Assembly (NCBI GenBank): GCA_963748015.1
Contig: CAVVHE010000008.1
Span: 47,049 to 111,048 of the forward strand
Source of the DNA: Terriglobia bacterium
GTDB lineage: Bacteria > Acidobacteriota > Polarisedimenticolia > Polarisedimenticolales > JAIQFR01
Direction of reading: 5' to 3'
Length of the DNA: 64,000 nt
Each line of letters opens with the position of its first letter. Position 1 is the first letter of the stretch. This document shows positions 1 to 8,867 of this stretch, piece after piece. The notes under the pieces were generated by a model. The model had not been told where the DNA came from. It did not search any database and saw only the letters and a list, made by a program, of their open reading frames with translations. The position numbers were made by a program, and so were the translations under genes.

Positions 1-818
1 CCCACGAGCTCGGCGCGCTGCGTTCCGTCCTCTCCACCGGCTCGCCGCTGGCGCCGGAGTCGTTCGACTGGGTCTACCGCGACGTCAAGCGGGACGTCCG
101 GCTCTCGTCCATATCGGGAGGCACCGACATCATCTCCTGCTTCGTCCTGGGAAGCCCGGTGCTCCCGGTCGTCCGCGGGGAGATCCAGTGCGTCGGCCTC
201 GGCATGAAGGTCGAGGTCTTCGACGAGAAGGGGAGCCCCGTCGTCGGGCGCAAGGGCGAGCTGGTGTGCGCGGCGCCTTTCCCCTCGATGCCGGTCGGGT
301 TCTGGAACGATCCCGGAGGATCGCGGTACCGCGCGGCGTACTTCGAGCGATTCCCCGGCGTCTGGTGTCACGGCGATTGGATCGAGCTGACCCCGGAGGG
401 GGGCGCGATCATCCACGGGAGGAGCGACGCCGTCTTGAACCCCGGCGGCGTCCGGATCGGCACGTCGGAGATTTACCGGGTCGTGGAGAAGCTCCCCGAG
501 GTGCTCGAGAGCCTGGCGGTGGGGCAGGAGTGGAAGGGGGACGAGCGGATCGTGCTGTTCGTCCGCACGCGCGACGGGATCGCCCTCGACGAGGCGCTCC
601 GCGAGAGGATCCGCGTCGCGATCCGCACCGAGGAGACGCCGCGCCACGTCCCCGCGAAGATCCTGGAGGCGCCCGCGCTTCCGCGGACGCTCTCGGGTAA
701 GCTGGTAGAGTTGGCGGTGCGAGACGTGGTCCACGGCCGCCCCGTCACGAACGCCGACGCGCTGTCGAACCCGGAGGCCCTCGAGTTCTTCAGGGATCTG
801 CCGGAGCTCGAGGAGTAG
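1..818 (+). CDS. Acetoacetyl-CoA synthetase, 3' part (5' end outside window)
   Basis: Frame open from window start ([16 protein letters not shown]...SISGGTDII); acyl-CoA synthetase motifs [29 protein letters not shown]. Confidence 0.9.
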   Translation, partial: HELGALRSVLSTGSPLAPESFDWVYRDVKRDVRLSSISGGTDIISCFVLGSPVLPVVRGEIQCVGLGMKVEVFDEKGSPVVGRKGELVCAAPFPSMPVGFWNDPGGSRYRAAYFERFPGVWCHGDWIELTPEGGAIIHGRSDAVLNPGGVRIGTSEIYRVVEKLPEVLESLAVGQEWKGDERIVLFVRTRDGIALDEALRERIRVAIRTEETPRHVPAKILEAPALPRTLSGKLVELAVRDVVHGRPVTNADALSNPEALEFFRDLPELEE

Positions 819-831
819 GGGAGGAGGCACG

Positions 832-1638
832 ATGAAGCCGAACGACGAGCTCTCCGCGTACGAGAAGGCGGCCGAGACGGGGAACGACCCGCGCATCGTG
901 CCGATCAAGCTCGACGGGCCGGTGCCGGAGGCGGACGCGATCCCCTACCCGGACTATTCCGACGAGGACCAGGAGACCTGGCGGATCCTGTTCCGGAGGC
1001 AGAGCGAGCTGCTGCCGGGGCGCGCCTGCGAGGAGTACCTCGAGGGGCTCCGGATGATGAAGTTCCCCGTCGACCGTATCCCCACGCTGAAGGATGCCGG
1101 CCGTGTCCTCGAGAGGACGACCGGTTGGCAGATCGCGAGGATCCCCGGGCTGCTCCACGAGAAGGACTTTTTCGCGTTCCTCGCGAGGCGCGTGTTCCCC
1201 TCGACCGACTACATCCGCCCTCGCCACGAGCTGGACTACACCCCCGCGCCCGACATGTTCCACGACCTGTTCGGCCACACGCCGATGATCACGCTCCCGG
1301 CGTTCGCCGACTTCTACCAGAGGATCGGCCAGGTGGCGCTCCGCGCCGAGGGGAAGAACCGGAGGCGCCTCGAGCGCTTCTACTGGTTCACCGTCGAGTT
1401 CGGCCTCATCCACACGGAAGGCGGCCTCCGGATCTACGGCAACGGCATCCTGTCGTCGTTCACCGAGGCCAAACACTCCCTGACGACCGCGGTCGAGGTG
1501 CGCTCGTTCGATCCCTCCGAGATCGTGGAGCAGGACTACGACGTCTGGCACCTCCAGCCGCTGCTCTACGCGATCGACTCGTTCGAGCAGCTTGCCGACG
1601 GATTCGACGCGTGGGCGAGGAGCGAGCGGCTGCTCTGA
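832..1638 (+). CDS. phhA: Phenylalanine 4-hydroxylase
   Basis: YTPAPDMFHDLFGHTP iron-binding motif, YWFTVEFGL, RIYGNGILSS; GGAGGAGG RBS. Confidence 0.92.
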   Translation: MKPNDELSAYEKAAETGNDPRIVPIKLDGPVPEADAIPYPDYSDEDQETWRILFRRQSELLPGRACEEYLEGLRMMKFPVDRIPTLKDAGRVLERTTGWQIARIPGLLHEKDFFAFLARRVFPSTDYIRPRHELDYTPAPDMFHDLFGHTPMITLPAFADFYQRIGQVALRAEGKNRRRLERFYWFTVEFGLIHTEGGLRIYGNGILSSFTEAKHSLTTAVEVRSFDPSEIVEQDYDVWHLQPLLYAIDSFEQLADGFDAWARSERLL

Positions 1639-1713
1639 GACGCCGGGCGGGGTGAACGTCGAACGGGCCGGCGAGCCAGCGCCGCCTGCCGGCCGTGCGT
1701 CGCCCCCGACGGG

Positions 1714-1890
1714 TCAAGGGCAAGGAGGCGCGACCGTCCTCGGATTCCCGAAGCTGTTCGTGCCGAGCCCCTTCTCGCCAGCGCCCGTCGCGTGGCTCAC
1801 CAGGTAGTGGAACCCCTTCTGGGGCGCGCTCGGCACGTCGGCGTCCGCGGACAGGGTGTCGGTCAGGATCGCGTCGCGGGCGCCGTCGAG
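1714..1890 (-). pseudogene. Start-less remnant of a secreted-protein C-terminal domain
   Basis: Minus frame reads LDGARDAILTDTLSADADVPSAPQKGFHYLVSHATGAGEKGLGTNSFGNPRTVAPPCP* with GC-rich third positions; no ATG upstream before an in-frame stop near 2022. Confidence 0.55.
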
Positions 1891-2031
1891 CGCGACTGGA
1901 ACTCGCGCGGCCCCGTGGGCACTCCCCAGATCGGAACGGACTCCGCGAGCGGCACCGACGCGACGTGCTTCGCGAGCTTCCCGTCGCGGCGGCCCATTTG
2001 GGTACGGGATTCGGCGTTTACGCTAAAGTTA

Positions 2032-2059
2032 TTGACCTGAAGCATAAGTTGCGTATATT
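2032..2059 (+). promoter_or_regulatory. Sigma70-like promoter of glnA
   Basis: TTGACC-16 bp-TATATT in an AT-rich patch ~45 bp upstream of the start. Confidence 0.6.
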
Positions 2060-2104
2060 TTATCCTCCGTGGACAAAATCCGGCTCAACACCAAGGAGGC
2101 CCCG

Positions 2105-3535
2105 ATGCAGGCGCTGCGCGATTTCCTGGAGATCCCCTACGACCAGCTCGAGGAGATGAACAAGTCGGCGAGGCAGGATCGCCTCGCCCGGAAGGACCCC
2201 GGAAAGATCCGCGAGGCGCGGCTCAAGTACCTGCGGGACGAGAAGCGGATCAAGGCGGTGACGGTCTGCTTCACCGACCTCGAGGGCCGGCTTCACATGC
2301 TGGACTACGACAAGAAGTTCCTCCTCGGGTCGGACGACAACCTGACGTTCGACGGCTCCTCGATCAAGGGCTTCTCGCGGCAGGCGGAGTCGGACCTGAG
2401 GCTCGGCATCGACTGGCCCTCGTTCTGCTGGCTCCCCGCCGACGTCTTCGGTCCGGGAAAGGTCCTGGTCTTCGGCGAGGTGCTGGACCAGGACGGCTCC
2501 CCCTACGTCGGCGACGTCCGGGCGCGCCTCAAGGGGCTCAGCGACGAGCTGAACAAGAAGGGGATGGTCGCCCACGCCTCGAACGAGATCGAGGGGTTCC
2601 TCTTCAACGGGCGCGACGCCGAGCGCCGGTATCGCGAGGTCGGGGCCTTCGAGTTCATCTCGACGGGCGGCTACTACCACTCGCTCCCGGGCGACACGCT
2701 GCGCAAGTTCATCGACGGCAACGCGGAGGTCCAGCGCGCCCTCGGCTTCGGCAACGAGAAGGACCACCCGGAGGTCGCGCCGTCGCAGTTCGAGATGAAC
2801 TACTCCCACACCGAGGCGGTCCTCGCGGCGGACCAGGTGCAGCTCTACAAGCTGGTCGCGCGCCAGGTGGCGGCGCAGATGGACCTCACGGCCTCGTTCT
2901 TGCCGAAGCCGGTGGCCGGCGTGAACGGCAACGGTATGCACACGAACATGTCCCTCGCCAAGAACGGGAAGAACCTCTTCCACGACAAGAAGGGGCAGGA
3001 CGGGCTCTCCAAGCTCGCCTGGGACTTCATCCAGAGAATTCTCGCGAACGCCAACGACATCTGCCTGATCCTCAACTCGAGCGTGAATTCCTACCGGCGC
3101 CTGGACCCCCACTTCGAGGCGCCGAACCAGATCAAGGTGTCGGCCTCCGACCGGGGCTCGATGGTCCGAATCCCGATCGGGAACGAGAGGTCGGCCCGGA
3201 TCGAGGTCCGGTCGATCGCGCCGGACTCGAACCCGTACCTCGCCATCTACGCGCTGGTCCGCACCGGGCTCGAGGGGCCGCTCGGGGGGGACGAGAACGA
3301 CGGGAAGCGCACGCGCACGCGTTTCCTTCCGGACAACATCTACGACGCCGTCCGGATGTTCAAGGGGAGCAAGTTCGCGCAGCAGATCCTCGGCGCCGAC
3401 GTGCACGAGAAGTTCGCCGAGCTCAAGCTTGCCTCGGCCGAGCGGTGCCCGAAAGCGCTCGGCACCCGCATCAAGCGGAGCGAGATCCAGTTCCACCACG
3501 AGGTGACGAACCAGTACCTGTGGTCGCAGTTCTGA
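2105..3535 (+). CDS. glnA: Glutamine synthetase type I
   Basis: TFDGSSI, HPEVAPSQFE, PKPVAGVNGNGMHTN, NSYRRLDPHFEAP, RIEVRS, NPY; AAGGAGG RBS before ATG 2105. Confidence 0.95.
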   Translation: MQALRDFLEIPYDQLEEMNKSARQDRLARKDPGKIREARLKYLRDEKRIKAVTVCFTDLEGRLHMLDYDKKFLLGSDDNLTFDGSSIKGFSRQAESDLRLGIDWPSFCWLPADVFGPGKVLVFGEVLDQDGSPYVGDVRARLKGLSDELNKKGMVAHASNEIEGFLFNGRDAERRYREVGAFEFISTGGYYHSLPGDTLRKFIDGNAEVQRALGFGNEKDHPEVAPSQFEMNYSHTEAVLAADQVQLYKLVARQVAAQMDLTASFLPKPVAGVNGNGMHTNMSLAKNGKNLFHDKKGQDGLSKLAWDFIQRILANANDICLILNSSVNSYRRLDPHFEAPNQIKVSASDRGSMVRIPIGNERSARIEVRSIAPDSNPYLAIYALVRTGLEGPLGGDENDGKRTRTRFLPDNIYDAVRMFKGSKFAQQILGADVHEKFAELKLASAERCPKALGTRIKRSEIQFHHEVTNQYLWSQF

Positions 3536-3558
3536 TCCCGCGCCAAGGCGAGCACGGG

Positions 3559-3594
3559 GAAGCCCTTCTCCCGGCTTGCCGGGAGGAGGGCTTC
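3559..3594. terminator. Hairpin between convergent glnA and 4Fe-4S gene
   Basis: GAAGCCCTTCTCCCGGC-TT-GCCGGGAGGAGGGCTTC near-perfect stem; no U-tract. Confidence 0.5.
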
Positions 3595-3671
3595 GTGACG
3601 CGCCGGAAAGGCGCGGTTGTTTCGCTACCGGCCCGCGAGCAGCACGATGAAGGCCGCGATCCGCACGTTCC

Positions 3672-4577
3672 TCATCGCGTTCCCCCTCCGACGAGCCCGA
3701 GCCCCTTCGACGCCGCCCCCTGCATCCGCGGCTCCGCCGGCGGGGCCGCGATCCCGGCCCCGGGCCCAAAGATGGTCCTGGACGCTCCCATGTCGCCGTT
3801 CAATCCGATCGTGATCTCGTCCACCACCAGGTCGTCCCGCCCGCTCATCGCGGCGGCTTGGCGGGCGATCAGCGTGAGCCCTCCGCAGCAGGGCACCTCC
3901 ATCCGGACGACGGCGACCCTCGGAATCGTCGCGTCGCGGAGGATCGCCGCGAGCTTCGCCACGTAGGGCGACGTGTCGTCGAGCTTGGGGCAGGCGATCG
4001 CGACCGAGCGCCCCCTCAGGAACCTCCAGTGCACGTCGGCCGACGCGACGGCGCCGCAGGAGTTCAGGAGCACCAGCTCCTTCCCGCGAAAGAACGGGGC
4101 GCCCGGCTGCACCAGGTGGAGCTGGACCGGCCACTGCCGCAGCTCCGACGGGATCGCCTGCTTCGGCCCCGAGCCGTCCCCGGTGTGCGCGACGGCCGGC
4201 GGGGCCGGGTCGAGGCGGGCCCGCGAGCCGGGGCAGCCGCCGCCGGCATGGGCGTGCGGCGGCGCGGGGGAGGCATGGCGCGCCTCGTGGACGGCCGCGG
4301 CTTCCTCGAGACGCCTGACCGCCTCGGCGCCGCCGGTCGCCGCGACGTGCGCGCGCGTCGCCTCGAAATCGAATTCGCCGGCCTCGCGCTCCTCGATCAC
4401 GAGCGCTCCCGTCGGGCACTCCCCGATGCAGTCGCCGAAGCCGTCGCAGTACTGCTCCTTCACGAGGCGGGCCTTGCCGTCCACGATCGCGAGCGCGCCC
4501 TCCGAGCACGCGGTGACGCACTCCCCGCAGCCGTCGCAGAGCGCCTCGTCGATGGTAATGATCTTTCTCGTTGCCAT
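3672..4577 (-). CDS. 4Fe-4S dicluster protein of the family often found next to hcp
   Basis: CDGCGECVTAC and CDGFGDCIGECP, then GCPGS, SELRQWPVQLHLV, ACPKLDD, MEVPCCGGL; AAGGAGAG RBS. Confidence 0.85.
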   Translation of the reverse strand: MATRKIITIDEALCDGCGECVTACSEGALAIVDGKARLVKEQYCDGFGDCIGECPTGALVIEEREAGEFDFEATRAHVAATGGAEAVRRLEEAAAVHEARHASPAPPHAHAGGGCPGSRARLDPAPPAVAHTGDGSGPKQAIPSELRQWPVQLHLVQPGAPFFRGKELVLLNSCGAVASADVHWRFLRGRSVAIACPKLDDTSPYVAKLAAILRDATIPRVAVVRMEVPCCGGLTLIARQAAAMSGRDDLVVDEITIGLNGDMGASRTIFGPGAGIAAPPAEPRMQGAASKGLGLVGGGTR

Positions 4578-4657
4578 CGTCCTCTCCTTGTCCCACGGTC
4601 CCGGGAAGGTCACGATCCCGAGCAGGGCCTCAATCTGATCATCCGAGCTCCTTCCGC

Positions 4658-4677
4658 GCCGTGACCAGGGTCACGGC
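4658..4677. promoter_or_regulatory. CRP/HcpR-type operator
   Basis: Perfect inverted repeat GCCGTGACC-AG-GGTCACGGC (GTGA-N6-TCAC) between the divergent 4Fe-4S gene and Crp/Fnr regulator. Confidence 0.7.
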
Positions 4678-4721
4678 AGCCTCGCGCGTCGGGACCCACC
4701 GGTTGTGGCATGCTCGGGGCG

Positions 4722-5381
4722 ATGAAGGGCAAGCGCGAGATCCTCCGCTCGGTACCCATCTTCCGGGAGCTTCCGGACCCCCTCCTCGAAGAGATCCTAA
4801 GCCTCTGCTCGGAAACGACTTACTTGAAAGGGGAGACCGTCTTCCTCCAGGGCGGCAAAGCGGTCGGCCTGTTCGTCGTGTGGCGCGGGGAGCTGAAGGT
4901 CTACAACGTCGGCGACGGCGGGCGGGAGCAGATCCTCGAGATCGAAGGGCCCGGGCGGACGGTCGCCGAGCTGCCGCTCTTCGACGGCCTGCCGTACCCG
5001 GCCTCCTGCGCGGCCCTCGAGGACAGCATCGTCCTCACCATGCCCGCCTCGACCTTTCACCGGCTCGTCGAGGCGAACCCCCTGCTCGCGCGCGCCGTCA
5101 TCTCGAGCCTCTCGCAGCGCCTCCGCCACATGGTCTCGCTCGTCGGGGAGATCTCGCTGAGGGACGTGCGCGAGCGGCTGGCGACGCTCCTCCTCGACCT
5201 CGCGGGCGATCGGGACGAGGTCGAGCTTCCCTGGACCAACCAGGACATCGCGTCGCGCATCGGGACCGTTCGCGAGATCGTCTCGCGGACGATGAGCCGG
5301 ATGACTCACGAGGGCGTGATTCGTCTCGACGGCCGCATGCTGACGATCCTCGACCGTCGCAGGCTCTCGGGACCGAGTTGA
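4722..5381 (+). CDS. Crp/Fnr family regulator (HcpR/DNR-like, no FNR Cys cluster)
   Basis: cNMP-binding domain (GREQILEI, AELPLFDGLPYPA) and HTH TNQDIASRIGTVREIVSR; start could be 4710. Confidence 0.9.
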   Translation: MKGKREILRSVPIFRELPDPLLEEILSLCSETTYLKGETVFLQGGKAVGLFVVWRGELKVYNVGDGGREQILEIEGPGRTVAELPLFDGLPYPASCAALEDSIVLTMPASTFHRLVEANPLLARAVISSLSQRLRHMVSLVGEISLRDVRERLATLLLDLAGDRDEVELPWTNQDIASRIGTVREIVSRTMSRMTHEGVIRLDGRMLTILDRRRLSGPS

Positions 5382-5464
5382 GGGGGCCGTCGAGCGCTCC
5401 GGCGTGGCGGCTGTCCCACCACTCGAATTGACGGCAACCGCGCCTCCGCGCCATCCTGTCCGGG

Positions 5465-6217
5465 ATGAACGGAACGGATGCCTGCTGCGCGCACGGGGCC
5501 ACGGGAGGAGATCCTCTTTCCCTGACGCTCCTGTTCGGGACGGGGCTCCTGATGAGCTTCGGCCACTGCCTCGGCATGTGCGGGCCGATCGCGGCGGCGT
5601 TCGCGCTCGCGCAGGCTCCCTCGGGAGCTTCGAGGTGGCGGCTTCTGCCGCCGCTCGCGCTCTACAACGCGGGACGCGTCACCGCTTACTCGGCGATCGG
5701 CGTCGCGGCGGGCCTGGCCGGGGCGCTCTTCGCGTCCGTCGGCGGGGCGCGCGCCGCGGTCTCTCTCGCCGCGGGCATCCTGGTCTTCGCCGCGGGGTTG
5801 GCACTCGCGGGGATCTTGCCCGCGACGCGGTGGCTCGAAGCCTCGCCCCTCGGCTCGGCCGTCTCCCGCGCGATCCGGTCGCTCATCGGCTCCCGGAGCA
5901 CTCTCGGGAACTACGCCCTGGGCGTCGCGAACGGCTTCCTGCCGTGCGGACCCGTCGCGGCCGCGGCGCTCGCCGCCGCGGGGGCCGGCGGCGCCCTCCG
6001 CGGCGCGGCGGCCATGGCGGCGTACGGCGCCGGGACCGTTCCGGCGATGCTCGCCCTGGGCCTGGGGGCGTCGGCGCTCGGAGCCGGCGCCCGGGCGCGG
6101 CTGCAACGCGTCGGGGCCGTCCTCGTCGTCCTGCTCGGGGCCCAGCTCGTCCTGCGCGGCCTCCACGGCTTCGGACTCCTGGGGACCGGCGAGCTCGGTC
6201 CCCTCGTGCTCTGGTAG
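5465..6217 (+). CDS. DsbD_2 / TauE-SafE-like membrane protein associated with cbb3 assembly
   Basis: GHCLGMCGPI, YNAGR, GFLPCG motifs; directly upstream of ccoI. Confidence 0.85.
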   Translation: MNGTDACCAHGATGGDPLSLTLLFGTGLLMSFGHCLGMCGPIAAAFALAQAPSGASRWRLLPPLALYNAGRVTAYSAIGVAAGLAGALFASVGGARAAVSLAAGILVFAAGLALAGILPATRWLEASPLGSAVSRAIRSLIGSRSTLGNYALGVANGFLPCGPVAAAALAAAGAGGALRGAAAMAAYGAGTVPAMLALGLGASALGAGARARLQRVGAVLVVLLGAQLVLRGLHGFGLLGTGELGPLVLW

Positions 6218-6221
6218 GCGC

Positions 6222-8613
6222 GTGGCGCGAGGAACGGCCGCGGCGGGCTGCCTGCACTGCGGCCTCCCCATTCCCGCGAACCGGCTAGCGCGGGGTGACG
6301 CGCACTGCTGCGACGGGTGCGCCCGCGTCCGCGCGCTCCTCCTCGGCGAGGGGCTCGACCGGTACTACGAGCTGCGGGGAGCGGCGGGGACGCCCCCGCC
6401 GGAGCTGCGCCCCGGGGGGCGGGCATGGCTCGAGGAGGCGCTTCCCCCGGCCGCTGCCCGGGGCGACCGGCCGGTCCGCCTGACGCTCGACGTGCAGGGG
6501 GTGCACTGCGCCGGCTGCGTCTGGCTCCTCCGCGAGCTGTTTCGCCGGCGGGAAGGGGCGATCGACGTGGTGATCAACCCCTCGCGGGGACAGGCGGACC
6601 TGGTCTTCGTTCCTTCTCGCCTCGACCTCTCGACGTACCTCGACGATGTAGAGCGATTCGGGTACCGGTTCGGCCCGCGCCGCCCTCGGGCCGTCCGGCC
6701 CGCTTCCGAGGGGCTCCTGGTCCGCCTCGCGGTGTGCGCCGCGGCGGCGGGCAACGTCATGCTGTTCAGCATCTCGTACTACTCGGGGCTCGGCGCGGGG
6801 GACGGAACTCTCTACGCCGTCTTCGGTTGGCTGAGCCTCGCGCTCACCACCGTCGCCGTCGCGGCGGGCGGATCGGTGTTCTTCCGCTCGGCGATCGCGG
6901 GACTCAGGGCCCGGGTGGCCCATCTCGATCTTCCGATCGCGCTCGGCATCGCTCTGGCGTTCGCGGGCTCGGTCCGCCTGCACTTCGCGCGCGGCCCCGA
7001 GCACGCGTACTACGACACGGTCGCCTCGTTCGTCACGCTCATGCTGGCGGGACGGGTGCTTCAGGAGCGGGTCCTGGAGCGCAACCGGGCGAGCGTGCTG
7101 GCGTCCCCCGAGCTCGAGAGCCTGATCGTGCGCCGGGTGCGCGACGGGAGGATCGAGCCGGTCCCGGCGTCCCGGATCGCCGCGGGGGACGAGCTCTGCG
7201 TCGTCGCGGGGGACCTCGTCCCGGTGGCGGGAGCGCTCCTCGAGGGGACCGGGACGGTGGCGCTCGACTGGATCACCGGCGAGCCCGGGACGTCCGAGGT
7301 CGCGGCGGGAGAGACCGTTCCCGCCGGAGCCTTCAACGCGGGCACGGCGCCGATGCGCCTCGCCGCGCTCGAGGGGTTCGCCGAGTCCCGGCTGCACGAT
7401 CTCCTTGCCTCTCCCGCTCCGCCGGCCCCCGGCCGCGGGCCCGGGGCAGCCTCCCTCTTCTGGCACCGCGCCGGCTCGGCCTGGGTCGCCGGGGTGATCC
7501 TCCTCGCCGCGGCGGGCTTCCTCTCCCGGCTCGGCGAGGGGATCGAGACCGCGGCGGCGATCGCGATCTCGATCCTGGTGGTCACCTGCCCGTGCGCGAT
7601 CGGGCTCGCCGTCCCCCTCGGGCGCGAGCTGGCGTACGCGAGCCTCCGCCGGGAGGGCGTCTTCGTCCGCGACGCCACGTTCCTCGACCGCGCGCTCCGC
7701 GTCCGGCGCGTCCTCTTCGACAAGACGGGGACGCTCACGCTCGGGCGCTTGGCGCCGGACGCCGCGACGATCGAGGCGCTCCGCTCGCTCGGGGACGGCG
7801 ACCGCGAGGTCCTGGCCGCGATGGCCTCCCGCAGCAATCATCCGGTGAGCCGTGCCGTCGCGGAGGCGCTCGATCGCCTCGGTCCCGCGGCCTCGGCGAA
7901 CCCGCCCGCGGTGGAGCTCGTCGAGGCCCCGGGCCGCGGCCTCGAGGCTCGGGCCCTTGGGGCGTGCTTCAGGCTCGGGCGCCCGTCCTTCGCCGTAACG
8001 GATCCCCCGGCGGGGTCCGAGGGAGAGACCTGGCTCTCCCGCGACGACTCGCTCGTGGCAAGGCTCGCGTTCGGCGAGGAGATCCGGTCCGACGCGAGGG
8101 ACGAAGTCTCGCGGCTCCGCGAGCGAGGGCTCGACGTGCGGATCCTGAGCGGCGACCGCCCGGCCCGGGTGCTCGCGGTGGCGGAGGCGCTCGGGCTGCC
8201 GGCGGACGCTTGCGAGGGCGGCCTCGAGCCCGAGGGAAAGGCCGGGCGGGTCGCCTCCCTCGACCGGCGCGACACGCTGATGGTCGGCGACGGCGTCAAC
8301 GACGCGCCGGCGTTCGCCGCGGCGTTCTGCACGGCGACCCCCGCGGTGGACCGGCCGTCGATCCCCGCGCGCGCGGATTTCTATTTCCTGGGAGGCGGGA
8401 TCGCGGCCGTGCGCCAGGCGCTCGAGACCGCCGCCCTCGCGGGGCGCGTGCAGTCCGCGAACCTGGTCTTCGCCGCGGTCTACAACGCCGGGGCGGTCGC
8501 CCTGTGCCTCGCGGGGGCGGTCGGCCCCCTCGTCGGCGGCGGTGCTCATGCCCGTCAGCTCCCTGGCGGTCGTCGGGCACACGGTCGCGCGCATGAGGAA
8601 ACGGAGCCCGTAG
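6222..8613 (+). CDS. ccoI: Cu-translocating P1B ATPase CcoI/FixI (apparent +1 frameshift near 8535)
   Basis: CLHCG..CCDGC, CAGCVW HMA, TGE, CPC, DKTGT, GDGVND; the expected end AAVLMPVSSL...RSP* lies in the next frame with TAG at 8611-8613. Confidence 0.88.
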
Positions 8614-8867
8614 TGGACGTCCTGATCGTCCTGGTCTTCGTGTGTCTGGTCCTGGTGACAGGGGCCGTGCTCCTGTTTATCATGCGCACCCGGGCGGGCG
8701 ATCTCGACCACGGCGAGCGTCTTTCCCTGCTCCCGCTCGAGCCGGACGCGGGCGAAGGCGAAGGCGGTCGACGAGGCGGCGAGGGGCCCGGCCCATCGAG
8801 CGGCACGGGCGAAGCCCCGGCGCCCGGAGGCGCCGCGGGTGCGAGCCGCGAGGGAGGAGCCGAGTGA
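8613..8867 (+). CDS. ccoS: cbb3 oxidase assembly protein CcoS
   Basis: GTG overlapping ccoI stop; MDVLIVLVFVCLVLVTGAVLLF...GDLDHGERLSLLPLE. Confidence 0.75.
   Translation: MDVLIVLVFVCLVLVTGAVLLFIMRTRAGDLDHGERLSLLPLEPDAGEGEGGRRGGEGPGPSSGTGEAPAPGGAAGASREGGAE

Noticed and set aside
5382-5464. FNR box upstream of the cco operon
   Set aside because: TTGAC is present but has no matching (A/G)TCAA half-site; better read as a -35 element.
6222-8867. Apparent CcoI-CcoS fusion (881-aa ORF)
   Set aside because: One extra G near 8535 explains it; the normal ATPase end (AAVLMPVSS...*) is in the adjacent frame and ccoS has its own GTG.
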